Of a stretch of DNA of 32,000 nucleotides, positions 18,858 to 27,444 are shown in pieces. The stretch spans positions 150,001-182,000 of the forward strand of contig JBHLKY010000001.1 of assembly GCA_048886185.1 (NCBI GenBank). The letters run 5' to 3'. Positions within the stretch are counted from its first letter, which is position 1, and every line of letters begins with the position of its first letter. The notes beneath the pieces were generated by a model. The model saw only the letters and a list, made by a program, of their open reading frames with translations. It was not told where the DNA came from and ran no database searches. Made by a program: the position numbers and the translations under genes. Origin of the DNA: Candidatus Hermodarchaeota archaeon (GTDB lineage Archaea > Asgardarchaeota > Heimdallarchaeia > Hodarchaeales > Hodarchaeaceae).

Positions 18858-19688
18858 TTAGGACTCTTCTTTTGTTATGTTATTACTTTTGTTATAAATC
18901 CAGCGAGTTAAATACATATAAGGAGTATCGATTAGTCCTAGAGTCCATTTCGTTATTAGCTGTCCTATAATTAGAGTAAAAACAAATTCGACTGTTTCTA
19001 CTTTAATTGAAGTATCAAATAACCTCTGAACAGAAGGTAAAATCAAAAAAGCTAATGGGATAAAAATGATCGAATCTAAACCTAAACTTAAAATGTCACT
19101 AAAAACATTTCTTATCCATAGATACTTCCACCATTCCTTCTCTAACTCAGATCTTGCATGAATCCAAGATCGAATCATGTCATAAATCCAAGCGTCAAAT
19201 CGTTCACTGATGAGAAAGCTAATCCATGAAGCCAGGGTGATAGCAGGAACAATTGCAAATGGTGTCAAGGGATCAGTCTCTTTTCCACCTGCAGCAGGGA
19301 GTAAACCAGCAAGTATCAATAAAAATACCATAATTACCTGACTAATGAGAGCAATCCAGATCATTTCGTAGACAGTCTTTCTTCCAAATTTTTCATTTAC
19401 CATATCAGTAACCTGCAGAGTAAAAGGGAAAACAATTACTCCCACTGGAGCAAAAATTGGAAGAACACCTAAATTTAACAATAAATCCCCAATAAATGGT
19501 AGGTTTTCAAACCCTAAATCAAACATAGCGATTTTTGCGGCAAAAAATTGAGCCAAGGTTAGAAAGAGTATGTAAATTCCTATTAATGCCCTAGGAGAGT
19601 TTGATTTTGCTGTATACCAAGCACCAAAATACGTAACAACCCCTAATATAATGAATACTCCAAAGCTTACTATTATTCCTTCATACAT
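18858..19688 (-). CDS. yhhQ: Queuosine-precursor transporter family (YhhQ/Vut_1, COG1738)
   Basis: Multi-TM protein with FPFTLQVTDMVNEKFG, ASWISFLISERFDAWIY and RNVFSDILSLGLDSIIFIPLAF. Confidence 0.88.
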   Translation of the reverse strand: MYEGIIVSFGVFIILGVVTYFGAWYTAKSNSPRALIGIYILFLTLAQFFAAKIAMFDLGFENLPFIGDLLLNLGVLPIFAPVGVIVFPFTLQVTDMVNEKFGRKTVYEMIWIALISQVIMVFLLILAGLLPAAGGKETDPLTPFAIVPAITLASWISFLISERFDAWIYDMIRSWIHARSELEKEWWKYLWIRNVFSDILSLGLDSIIFIPLAFLILPSVQRLFDTSIKVETVEFVFTLIIGQLITKWTLGLIDTPYMYLTRWIYNKSNNITKEES

Positions 19689-20232
19689 GCCTCATTAATC
19701 TCCACAGTAATCCAAGAGGGAAGTACGTTATGGTTTTTTCTTTCTACTCTTTAAGATTTACATAGAAATACAAGAAAAAAAAGGGAGGAAATCTAAGTTT
19801 ATATCACTAATTAACTCGTAGTTTCAATGTTTTGTCATCTATATTAATTTTCGAAAGAATTCCTCCTCTAGATCTGAATGATTTAGCCAAAGATGTGAGA
19901 ACTGGTAGATTTTCCTTTAGATTATGTTTTTCCTTTAATATTTAGTCTTTGATTGTTCTTTCAACACGTAAAAAGTGTATAAACTCATTTTGGTTAATAC
20001 AAATAATAAATATCGCAAGTATAAACAGAAAAACAATTATTTTGCTTTCATCTTTCCCACTCCGACCTTTTTTCTACACATCAAAAATTATTCATTTTTG
20101 TAATTAAGAGAAAAATAAATGAAATAGTCAGTAAAGGTCTTTTTCATTTAAAATATTTTACAATTATGTGACAAAGCGTAAGAAAAATGAAAATCGATTT
20201 GTCTGAGAGATTTTTCAAGGTGTGACCAAAGT

Positions 20233-20967
20233 TTGATCTTTGAAGTATACACACCGCTAAAGGAACATTATACTAAGCTTGATCCTCATGCAGAAACATG
20301 GGATCTTTGGATCAAAGGTAATAAAAGTTCTTTAGAGGTTTATGAGGTTGCTATTGGAACAATTTTGGTTCAAAATACAAATTGGAGTAATGTAAATAAG
20401 GCTATAGAGAATTTAAAGAATACAGATATTACTTCTTTCAAAAAACTACAAAAAATACCACTTGAAACGCTAGAAGAGCTGATTAAACCTGCTGGTTTCT
20501 ATACACAAAAAGCCTCCTATCTTAAATCCTTAAGTAATCTCTTCTTAATCCATAGTGATACCAATACATCTCCTTCTCGTGGTGAATTATTAAAATGTAA
20601 AGGTATAGGAAAGGAAACAGCTGATTCAATTTTGGTGTATTGCTTTCAACAACCTATTCCTATTATTGGGACATATACTCGCCGTTTCCTAGCTCGAATA
20701 CAAGGAAATGCAGATTTTCTAAGAATAAAGTATGAGAATCTTCAAAAAGTATTAATTGAAGAGCTTAAGGAAGATTCTGAGATATTAGGACGATTTCATG
20801 CTTTGGTAGTGGTTCATGGCCAGAATTATTGTCAAAAAAACAATCCTCTGTGTCCAGAGTGTTTTCTCCTTGATTTATGTACCTATGGGCAGAAACATGA
20901 AACAGACTCTAATATAGCTCAAATTCAAAAACAAATAACCAAATCTTTGAAGCGAAAAAAGAAATGA
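20233..20967 (+). CDS. HhH-GPD endonuclease III-related protein with C-terminal 4Fe-4S motif (COG2231-like)
   Basis: GTILVQNTNWSNV, IKPAGFYTQKA, HhH KGIGKETADSI, cluster motif CQKNNPLCPECFLLDLC. Confidence 0.88.
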   Translation: MIFEVYTPLKEHYTKLDPHAETWDLWIKGNKSSLEVYEVAIGTILVQNTNWSNVNKAIENLKNTDITSFKKLQKIPLETLEELIKPAGFYTQKASYLKSLSNLFLIHSDTNTSPSRGELLKCKGIGKETADSILVYCFQQPIPIIGTYTRRFLARIQGNADFLRIKYENLQKVLIEELKEDSEILGRFHALVVVHGQNYCQKNNPLCPECFLLDLCTYGQKHETDSNIAQIQKQITKSLKRKKK

Positions 20968-20980
20968 TTTCAGAACAGTG

Positions 20981-20989
20981 TTTTTTTTT
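20981..20989 (+). terminator. Oligo(T) tract, candidate archaeal terminator between convergent genes
   Basis: T9 run 13 nt after the stop at 20967, at the junction with the convergent CoA-ligase stop. Confidence 0.35.
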
Positions 20990-22712
20990 AGCTGATTTTC
21001 TTAATTTCTTCTTCTCTTAGTAACCGTCGTAACACCTTTCCTACGGCACTTAAAGGAAGGGAATCTCGAATTTCAATCTCTTTGGGTACTTTATACTTTG
21101 AAAGACCCTTTTTTGCATACTCCATGAGTTCACTTTCCGTGATTGATGCCCCTTGTTTTAAGACAATGAACGCCTTCGGCCTTTCTCCTCGATATTCATC
21201 AGGAATTCCAATAATCGCTACATTCTCAATTTCTGGATGTTCAAAGAAATATTCTTCAACTTCACGAGGAAAAACTTTGTATCCAGAGGCAATGATCATA
21301 TCCTTTTTCCGATCCTCAATATAAATGAACCCGTCATCATCCATATGACCAATATCACCCGTTATAAAGTATCCTTGAGTATTCATTACATTGTGAGTTT
21401 CTTCTTCTTTATTCCAATAGCCTTTCATCACTTGAGGTCCTTTAATGCCAAGTTCTCCACTTTCTCCAATTGCCAATTCTTTATTCTTGTCATCTAGATC
21501 AAAAACCTTCACACTTGTATCGATAAATGGTATTCCTACAGATCCCGCTTTCCGATTTAAAGGTGTATTGGCACTAGCTATCGGTGATGTTTCGGTCAAA
21601 CCCCATCCTTCTAGGAGAGTTGATCCACTTGCTTTCTCAAATTGTTTCATCACTTCAATAGGTAGCGGAGCGGCTCCTGTTAGACAAAAATCAATAGATT
21701 TTAAGTCATATTTCTTAAAATGAGGATGATTAAGTAAAGCGATGAACCCAGTGGGAACAAATGGGAGAAAGTTTGGTTTATAAGTGTCTATGAGTTCTAA
21801 TAATTCTGTGAAGTTCCTCTCTCTAGGATTTGGCACTAATATAATTTCATCAGCTAAAAATATCGGTAGAATCATAGCCAAAGTCCCTCCAAATAGATGA
21901 AAGAGCGGTAAAGCAGCAAGAAAGCGATGTATTCCTTTTTCTGGTAATCCATCATAAATCGGAATCATCCAATGATATCCAGCAAGACAATTAGTGATTA
22001 AATTCCAATGTGTTAACATAACTCCTTTAGGTAATCCTGTTGTACCCCCAGTGTAAGGAATCATGGCAACATCATTTTTAGGATCGATTTTTGGATTTGG
22101 ATAAGAAATAGTCTCATCTTCTTGAATCATCCTTTTGAAAGGAATATCCTCTGGGTTTAACTTTACTATTTTACCAATTAATCCTCCAAGGAATCCCTTT
22201 ACTCTACCTATATACGGTTTAATAGAAGCGACAATAATGTGTTCAAGGTGATCGACATTTTTAGTAACAGTGTGGATTAGATCTAGAAATGCCTGATCGC
22301 CACTCTTCACATCCATTGTTACTATTATTTTTGATCCAGAATCCCTGATATGGTACTCTAATTCTTTCTGAGAAAACATTATGTTTAATGGGGCAACTAT
22401 TGCCCCTAATTTTTGAGTTCCATAGAATGCGATAATAAATTCCGGAAAATTGGGCAAAAAAAGAGCAACTCGGTCACTCTTTCGAACTCCTAGTTTGGAC
22501 AGATGCTTAGCAAAATTTGTTGCCATTTTTTCAAGCTGTTCAAAAGTAATCCTCGTGGTGCGAAATTGTTTACCTGTAAGTAGTATTGCGGGATTATCTG
22601 GAAAAGCTTCAGCGTTTTCTGTTAATACATCAGCTAGACTTTTTGATGGATAATTCAAAGTCTTTGGGACATTTTTTGGATAACTTTTATACCAAACAGG
22701 CTGATCATTCAT
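20988..22712 (-). CDS. Long-chain acyl-CoA synthetase (FadD/LcfA-like AMP-binding enzyme)
   Basis: YTGGTTGLPKG, EGWGLTETSP, TGDIG, DRKKDMIIASGYKVFPREVEE, terminal GKVLRR. Start set at MNDQPVW (ATG 22712); the track start at 22730 is also possible. Confidence 0.93.
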   Translation of the reverse strand: MNDQPVWYKSYPKNVPKTLNYPSKSLADVLTENAEAFPDNPAILLTGKQFRTTRITFEQLEKMATNFAKHLSKLGVRKSDRVALFLPNFPEFIIAFYGTQKLGAIVAPLNIMFSQKELEYHIRDSGSKIIVTMDVKSGDQAFLDLIHTVTKNVDHLEHIIVASIKPYIGRVKGFLGGLIGKIVKLNPEDIPFKRMIQEDETISYPNPKIDPKNDVAMIPYTGGTTGLPKGVMLTHWNLITNCLAGYHWMIPIYDGLPEKGIHRFLAALPLFHLFGGTLAMILPIFLADEIILVPNPRERNFTELLELIDTYKPNFLPFVPTGFIALLNHPHFKKYDLKSIDFCLTGAAPLPIEVMKQFEKASGSTLLEGWGLTETSPIASANTPLNRKAGSVGIPFIDTSVKVFDLDDKNKELAIGESGELGIKGPQVMKGYWNKEEETHNVMNTQGYFITGDIGHMDDDGFIYIEDRKKDMIIASGYKVFPREVEEYFFEHPEIENVAIIGIPDEYRGERPKAFIVLKQGASITESELMEYAKKGLSKYKVPKEIEIRDSLPLSAVGKVLRRLLREEEIKKIS

Positions 22713-22823
22713 AATTAGACAACTTCTCATTCATTGACAAAAACTATTCGTTCTATATCTAAATTACCATCTAGCGATTAATACCTGAATATCAAATTAG
22801 GTAATGTGTTTGAGGTATAAAAA

Positions 22824-23645
22824 GTGAATACAGATGACATTATAAAGGTTGCACTTGACCTAGTGAACATGAATGATCTACCTGCTGACTCAGCCATCTA
22901 TGTTCCTGGAGAAGGCATTTCAAAGGTGCTTTACGGAATAGATATTGGGGCAACTGAGTTGCTTTACGCCAAAAAGCATGAATACGACGCTGTGATCGCA
23001 CACCACCCTGTAGGCGTGGTAAATCAGTTTAAAGTTTTCTATAGACATATGGAACAGTTGGTTTCAAAAGGTGTACCTAAAGAAATAGCTCAAAAGGTCG
23101 TGGATAAGAAGATTCTCGGGCTTAAATTTGGTATACATGCACATAATTATGAAATGATCCCCTCTTTTGCACGATTAATTGGAATTCCTTTTCTTAACAT
23201 TCATTGTCCTTCAGATGAGCTAGGTAGAAGGCTGATAACTACTTCAATAAAAGAATTGGTGGAAAAGAAAGAGAATCCTCTTTTAAGCGAAGTTAAAGCG
23301 CACCTAGAATCTTCTTTTCCAGAATTTCGTGAAGCTCAAACCGTAATTGAGATTGCTAAAGGAAATGGTGACAGTCCACTAGGGAATTGGATTTTTAGTC
23401 ATGGGGCGCTTACTAATGGAGGTTTTAAGATTGCCGAATGCTATTTTCAGCATGATGTTGATACAGTTATCTATATACATATAGCACCGGCTGAATTATT
23501 TCAGATATTAAATTTAAACAGTGGGCAGCTTCTTATTACTGGACATTTAGCTTCTGATTCAATTGGAATTAATCCCTTCTTAGATCGATTAGAAGAAAAT
23601 GGGATTCAAATTACAGCTATTGGTGGATTAATACGTTCGAAGTGA
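22824..23645 (+). CDS. NIF3/DUF34-like dinuclear metal-binding protein
   Basis: KVLYGIDI, DAVIAHHP, NIHCPSDE, GHLASDSIG metal-ligand pattern. Confidence 0.72.
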   Translation: MNTDDIIKVALDLVNMNDLPADSAIYVPGEGISKVLYGIDIGATELLYAKKHEYDAVIAHHPVGVVNQFKVFYRHMEQLVSKGVPKEIAQKVVDKKILGLKFGIHAHNYEMIPSFARLIGIPFLNIHCPSDELGRRLITTSIKELVEKKENPLLSEVKAHLESSFPEFREAQTVIEIAKGNGDSPLGNWIFSHGALTNGGFKIAECYFQHDVDTVIYIHIAPAELFQILNLNSGQLLITGHLASDSIGINPFLDRLEENGIQITAIGGLIRSK

Positions 23646-23658
23646 GAGTAGTACAATT

Positions 23659-24138
23659 ATGGAGGATTTCCCAGTGCGACTTCAAGAATATATTAATGAC
23701 AATGGACTAAATGCAGAAATAATCTCATTACAAACTTCAACAAGAACTGTAGATGAAAGTGTAAACGCATTAGGTTGTGAACCAGAAGAAATAATAAAAA
23801 CAATCATTGTTGTTACTAATACAAATGAATTTATTTTGGTTATTCTTCAAGGAAATCGCAAAATAAAGACTAGAAAAGTTAAAAAATTATTAAATGTAAA
23901 GGATGTTAAACTTGCTTCACCAAAACAAGTTGAAAAAGAAACAGGGTATAAAGTGGGGGATGTTCCTCCTATCAGCATAAATCTGCCAGTTATATTAGAT
24001 GAACTTGTCTTAGAAATGTCAAGAGATTCAAAATTATATGGAGGTGGAGGTTCTTCATCGAAACTTATTTCAATTTCTGTTGATGAGCTTCTAGATTGTA
24101 CTCATCCTCTTATTGCTGATGTTACGACCCCAATATAA
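23659..24138 (+). CDS. YbaK/EbsC-family aminoacyl-tRNA deacylase
   Basis: EIIKTIIV, VKLASPKQVEKETGYKVGDVPP, YGGGG. Confidence 0.9.
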   Translation: MEDFPVRLQEYINDNGLNAEIISLQTSTRTVDESVNALGCEPEEIIKTIIVVTNTNEFILVILQGNRKIKTRKVKKLLNVKDVKLASPKQVEKETGYKVGDVPPISINLPVILDELVLEMSRDSKLYGGGGSSSKLISISVDELLDCTHPLIADVTTPI

Positions 24139-24204
24139 AGGAGGATCATGAATTGAGAATTTAATGTCTGATTTTCTTGACTATTCTTTATTTCATACAC
24201 TAAA

Positions 24205-24384
24205 TTAATGTAATTTATATTTGTGAGCTCGCTGTATCCCCATATGAGTCATTAGATTGATGATCTGATGAAATTTAAGTTTTTTTATGCTCTCTTCCCT
24301 TTCTTGTAGGATCAATTCTGTGAAATATTCTTTCATAGCTGGTACGAGATCATGAACCACGTTTGAATTCGGGTTTCTAATCAT
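24205..24384 (-). CDS. 59-aa microprotein paralogous to the C-terminus of the upstream tandem-longin protein
   Basis: Below the ORF-track size cutoff. MIRNPNSNVVHDLVPAMKEYFTELILQEREESIKKLKFHQIINLMTHMGIQRAHKYKLH; 28/51 identical with no gaps to the segment encoded at 24440..24592. Confidence 0.72.
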   Translation of the reverse strand: MIRNPNSNVVHDLVPAMKEYFTELILQEREESIKKLKFHQIINLMTHMGIQRAHKYKLH

Positions 24385-24592
24385 TTAGGGGTCAACAGAT
24401 GATGGTTTCGCCTTATTCGAAATATTATTCCTTTTTCTGAGGCAATCTATATGCTCTTGCTCGTCTGATGCCCATTTGTGTATAATAATTGATAACACGG
24501 TGAAATTCTAACCTTTTTAATTTCTCTCGTTGGCCCTGAATTGATAAATCAATGAAATATTCTTTCATTGCAGGAGCCAAATCATGAGCAAC
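24208..24592 (-). repeat. Diverged tandem duplication of 153 nt (24440..24592 and 24208..24360), period 232 nt
   Basis: Both copies contain atgaaagaatatttca on the minus strand and align codon for codon without indels. Confidence 0.85.
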
Positions 24593-25459
24593 TTCAATAG
24601 GTATTTTGTTCCATTTTCTCAGAAATTTTTGTAATTTTAAGAGTTTTCGGGGATTATTAATCACAAATACGTTTTCTTCAGTTGTTATGAAATCCATTGC
24701 TTGCATAGATTGAGCTCCAAACACAAGACGAGCGGGAAAGGCTTCAAAAAGCAACTGACAATAGTTCACAATAACAGCTGAAAATGCACTTATGAGGGCT
24801 GAATCTAGCGGAGAATCATACTCTAAATGGATTGGTACTCCTGCACTTGAGTGAATGACTCCCCAAGGACGAGACGGTGTTAATGTTGAAAAATGAGTTT
24901 CGAACAGCTCTCTCAACAAGGCATGAAAAAACAGCAATTCTTCAAAACTTAATGCAGAGAAGGAACATTCACCATTCCCCACTGTTACATTTTCATTATA
25001 GGTTACTGCATTTATTGCTTCTTGGAAAAGCTGATCTACGATGTTTTTATCATGATTATTTTCTTCTTGTGAGTAAAATTGTGAATAGATGACTGAAGCA
25101 CCCCCTGCAAGAATACTCCTCATTTCATCCCAAGGAGCAGTTTCTAATTCTATTCGACTCATTAGTCTTGTCGTGACAAGAGGGTCAGAAATAACAATGC
25201 TGAATCTCTTCAATTTACTAGATAGATTTACAATCATAATTTCTCGTGCTTGACTTGGGTGAGGACGAGGATATCTTAACCTTACAATTCCAATTCCCTG
25301 ACCCCACAATTCTGCTCCTAATCTACTGACAGATCTCACGAAATCGAGTGTTTGTTCAAGCTTATCTTGGTTGAGATCACCAAAATGCCATTTCACTTCG
25401 TTTTCACTAGTTAGAATTGCCCAATTATTGAGATATAAACGACGCTGATTAGTAATCAT
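24425..25459 (-). CDS. Putative tandem longin-like domain protein
   Basis: Two segments with a beta-beta-alpha-beta-beta-beta-alpha pattern: NWAILTSENEVKWHF/LDFVRSVSRLGAELW/IGIVRL/EIMIVNL/FSIVISD and WGVIHSSAGVPIHLEY/DSALISAFSAVIVNY/ARLVFG/MDFIT/VFVIN. Start at ATG 25459 with GGAG 11 nt upstream (track start 25498). Confidence 0.6.
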   Translation of the reverse strand: MITNQRRLYLNNWAILTSENEVKWHFGDLNQDKLEQTLDFVRSVSRLGAELWGQGIGIVRLRYPRPHPSQAREIMIVNLSSKLKRFSIVISDPLVTTRLMSRIELETAPWDEMRSILAGGASVIYSQFYSQEENNHDKNIVDQLFQEAINAVTYNENVTVGNGECSFSALSFEELLFFHALLRELFETHFSTLTPSRPWGVIHSSAGVPIHLEYDSPLDSALISAFSAVIVNYCQLLFEAFPARLVFGAQSMQAMDFITTEENVFVINNPRKLLKLQKFLRKWNKIPIEVAHDLAPAMKEYFIDLSIQGQREKLKRLEFHRVINYYTQMGIRRARAYRLPQKKE

Positions 25460-25618
25460 TATAGAATGTTCTCCATGTCTGTTTTTTCTAATGTTCAATC
25501 GTTATCTTTAGTACTTCAATGAGGGGACTAAAAAGGATTTATTTATTAATTATGTAAAATGTAAATAGTAAATTTTCGCAGAATGTTTAGAATTATTTTG
25601 TTGCTTTCAATCTTTTTA

Positions 25619-26896
25619 TTAAGACAGAAATAATATATCATATATTAAGGTGCCATAATAATTTTCAGTTTCAATTATGGTGATTTGCAGTAAATCCATT
25701 GCAGCTTTTTTTCCAACTATCTTAGATAGATTATGTAAAAGTGAGTCCAAAAATGGGAGGAATGCGTTTTGAAAAAGTGGTGTCATTATTTGTGGGCGAG
25801 TATTTAATACAGCTTCTAATTTTTCAAAATATAAGCCTTTCATATAATTTTCTACAAGCTTAGCAATAGTTATTATCCTTCCTTTGTTTTTTGCCCGTTC
25901 TAGCTCATGATTAAATATTGTCTCAAAGATTGTGAAAGTGAAATTTTCTCCAAACATTTTAACCAGTTGGAGGCGAAATAACTTTAGAAATTCTTCAAAA
26001 ACAATTAGTAATAAACCAGAATCAGACAAGAGGCTGATATAACCACTAATTGACAGATATCGAAATAGTTGGATCATCCTCATTTTTTCTTGTGTTGTTA
26101 AATTCGCAGAGAGAGACTTAATTGAATGTCTTCCATCAATTTTTTGAGTAATCTTAATTCCCCATTCTCCCCAATGTTTAAAAATTGTCTGATAGGCCAT
26201 TCCTTGTTCTAATATGATACCGATATGAGCTTTTTCGATTTTAAAAATATCAGTGTTTTTTATTGCAATATCCACTGATTTTAAGTATCCTATCTCTTTT
26301 AATATTGCTGTTCTAGCAATACAATATTCTAATGGCCAATTAATTTTGCGAGAGATTTCTATAATAGCTAATTTCCCATCAAATAATTCCAATAGGGGTT
26401 TGTACTTAGATGGGATCTCTATTCCTCTATTTTTATAAGCTTCATCTTTTATTTGTTTGAAAATAAGGTTCTCATCTAAATGAGATAGCATAAATTTTCG
26501 AGTTAATTCACGAAAAGGAATGTATCTCTGGGTTTGTATATTTTGTTCTTTGATTTCCTTTAAATAATTAAATTCGAAAATATCAATGATTGCTCTAATT
26601 TTTTCCATTAAAATTTGACTTTCATTATCTACTACTAAAATAGCTTCGATTTCTTGACCACGTTCAAACATTATTTTCTTTCCTTCCCTTTCAATCACAT
26701 TTAATGTTCCACTCTCGCTTGATATATTATCCATCATACTATCAGAAAATGTCGAAATAGCATTTACCAATCCTCCTAAAATAATGGAATCAGTACGAGG
26801 AGCATAACTACTAAATTTAATGTCAAAAATTGTCAAACCAGAGATGTTTAACAAAAAATAAATGAGACCAGCTTTATCTAGGGATTCATTACTCAT
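25619..26896 (-). CDS. Longin domain plus two putative winged-helix domains
   Basis: N-terminus FLLNISGLTIF...DSIILGGLVNAISTFSDSM...LNVIEREGKKIMFERG..IEAILVVD fits the Asgard longin pattern; LELFDGKLAIIEISRK...LKEIGYL and QKIDGRHSIKSLS...LSISGYI are wHTH-like. Confidence 0.72.
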   Translation of the reverse strand: MSNESLDKAGLIYFLLNISGLTIFDIKFSSYAPRTDSIILGGLVNAISTFSDSMMDNISSESGTLNVIEREGKKIMFERGQEIEAILVVDNESQILMEKIRAIIDIFEFNYLKEIKEQNIQTQRYIPFRELTRKFMLSHLDENLIFKQIKDEAYKNRGIEIPSKYKPLLELFDGKLAIIEISRKINWPLEYCIARTAILKEIGYLKSVDIAIKNTDIFKIEKAHIGIILEQGMAYQTIFKHWGEWGIKITQKIDGRHSIKSLSANLTTQEKMRMIQLFRYLSISGYISLLSDSGLLLIVFEEFLKLFRLQLVKMFGENFTFTIFETIFNHELERAKNKGRIITIAKLVENYMKGLYFEKLEAVLNTRPQIMTPLFQNAFLPFLDSLLHNLSKIVGKKAAMDLLQITIIETENYYGTLIYDILFLS

Positions 26897-27249
26897 TTTG
26901 GTGCATCATCCAATTTGACGGGACTTGCGGGTTTTTTTGCTTTAGTTTTCAGCTCATCAAAAAATACTGAAATCTTCCATAATCCAAAGAAAACAAACCC
27001 AAATCCTATACTAATCAATACAAGAAAAACTAATTGTACTAAAGGATTCCAAATTGGATCCTGATAGTTTAAAATTGAGATAATTGTTTGAGAAAGCAAA
27101 CCACATGAAATAAAAAATGCTCCTAGGCTAATAATCTTATTACTGGTTCCAAAAATTCCTTCTAACCGAAATTGTTTAGCAGTTGTAACAAGACTAATCA
27201 TCATGCAGCATCCATAAAGCATACCACGAATAATGTCATATTCTTGCAT
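26893..27249 (-). CDS. Small 3-TM membrane protein of unknown function
   Basis: 118 aa with three hydrophobic segments and a charged tail; ATGA overlap with the longin-wHTH gene. Confidence 0.75.
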   Translation of the reverse strand: MQEYDIIRGMLYGCCMMISLVTTAKQFRLEGIFGTSNKIISLGAFFISCGLLSQTIISILNYQDPIWNPLVQLVFLVLISIGFGFVFFGLWKISVFFDELKTKAKKPASPVKLDDAPK

Positions 27250-27444
27250 ATTTTCACCATCAATTTCCTAGCGACTTTTATTAACTCTTAATTCTCCCTA
27301 TAAATTCATTTGTATCCAAAATAATTCTGATTTTAAACTTATGTTCAACAGGAGTTTGGTTTCTAAAACTTTTTAATACGACAAATATCTAATGAGATCT
27401 CACTATATAATAATTCCTGAATTAGAAACGACTTGAGTGATAAT

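Noticed and set aside
19689-19800. preQ1 riboswitch upstream of yhhQ
   Set aside because: The leader lacks the compact GGTTC stem-loop and AAAAAACTA tail of class I preQ1 switches, and I could not identify another class.
21082-22653. Track ORFs 21082, 21237, 21445 and 22450
   Set aside because: Antisense shadows of the acyl-CoA synthetase.
22824-23645. NIF3/DUF34 protein as a GTP cyclohydrolase I supplying preQ0 alongside YhhQ
   Set aside because: That annotation for DUF34 is disputed, and no queCDE genes are present.
24385-24427. Stop-codon readthrough joining the tandem longin to the duplicated tail
   Set aside because: The 232-nt period is not a multiple of 3, and a TAA lies immediately before the microprotein ATG in its own frame.
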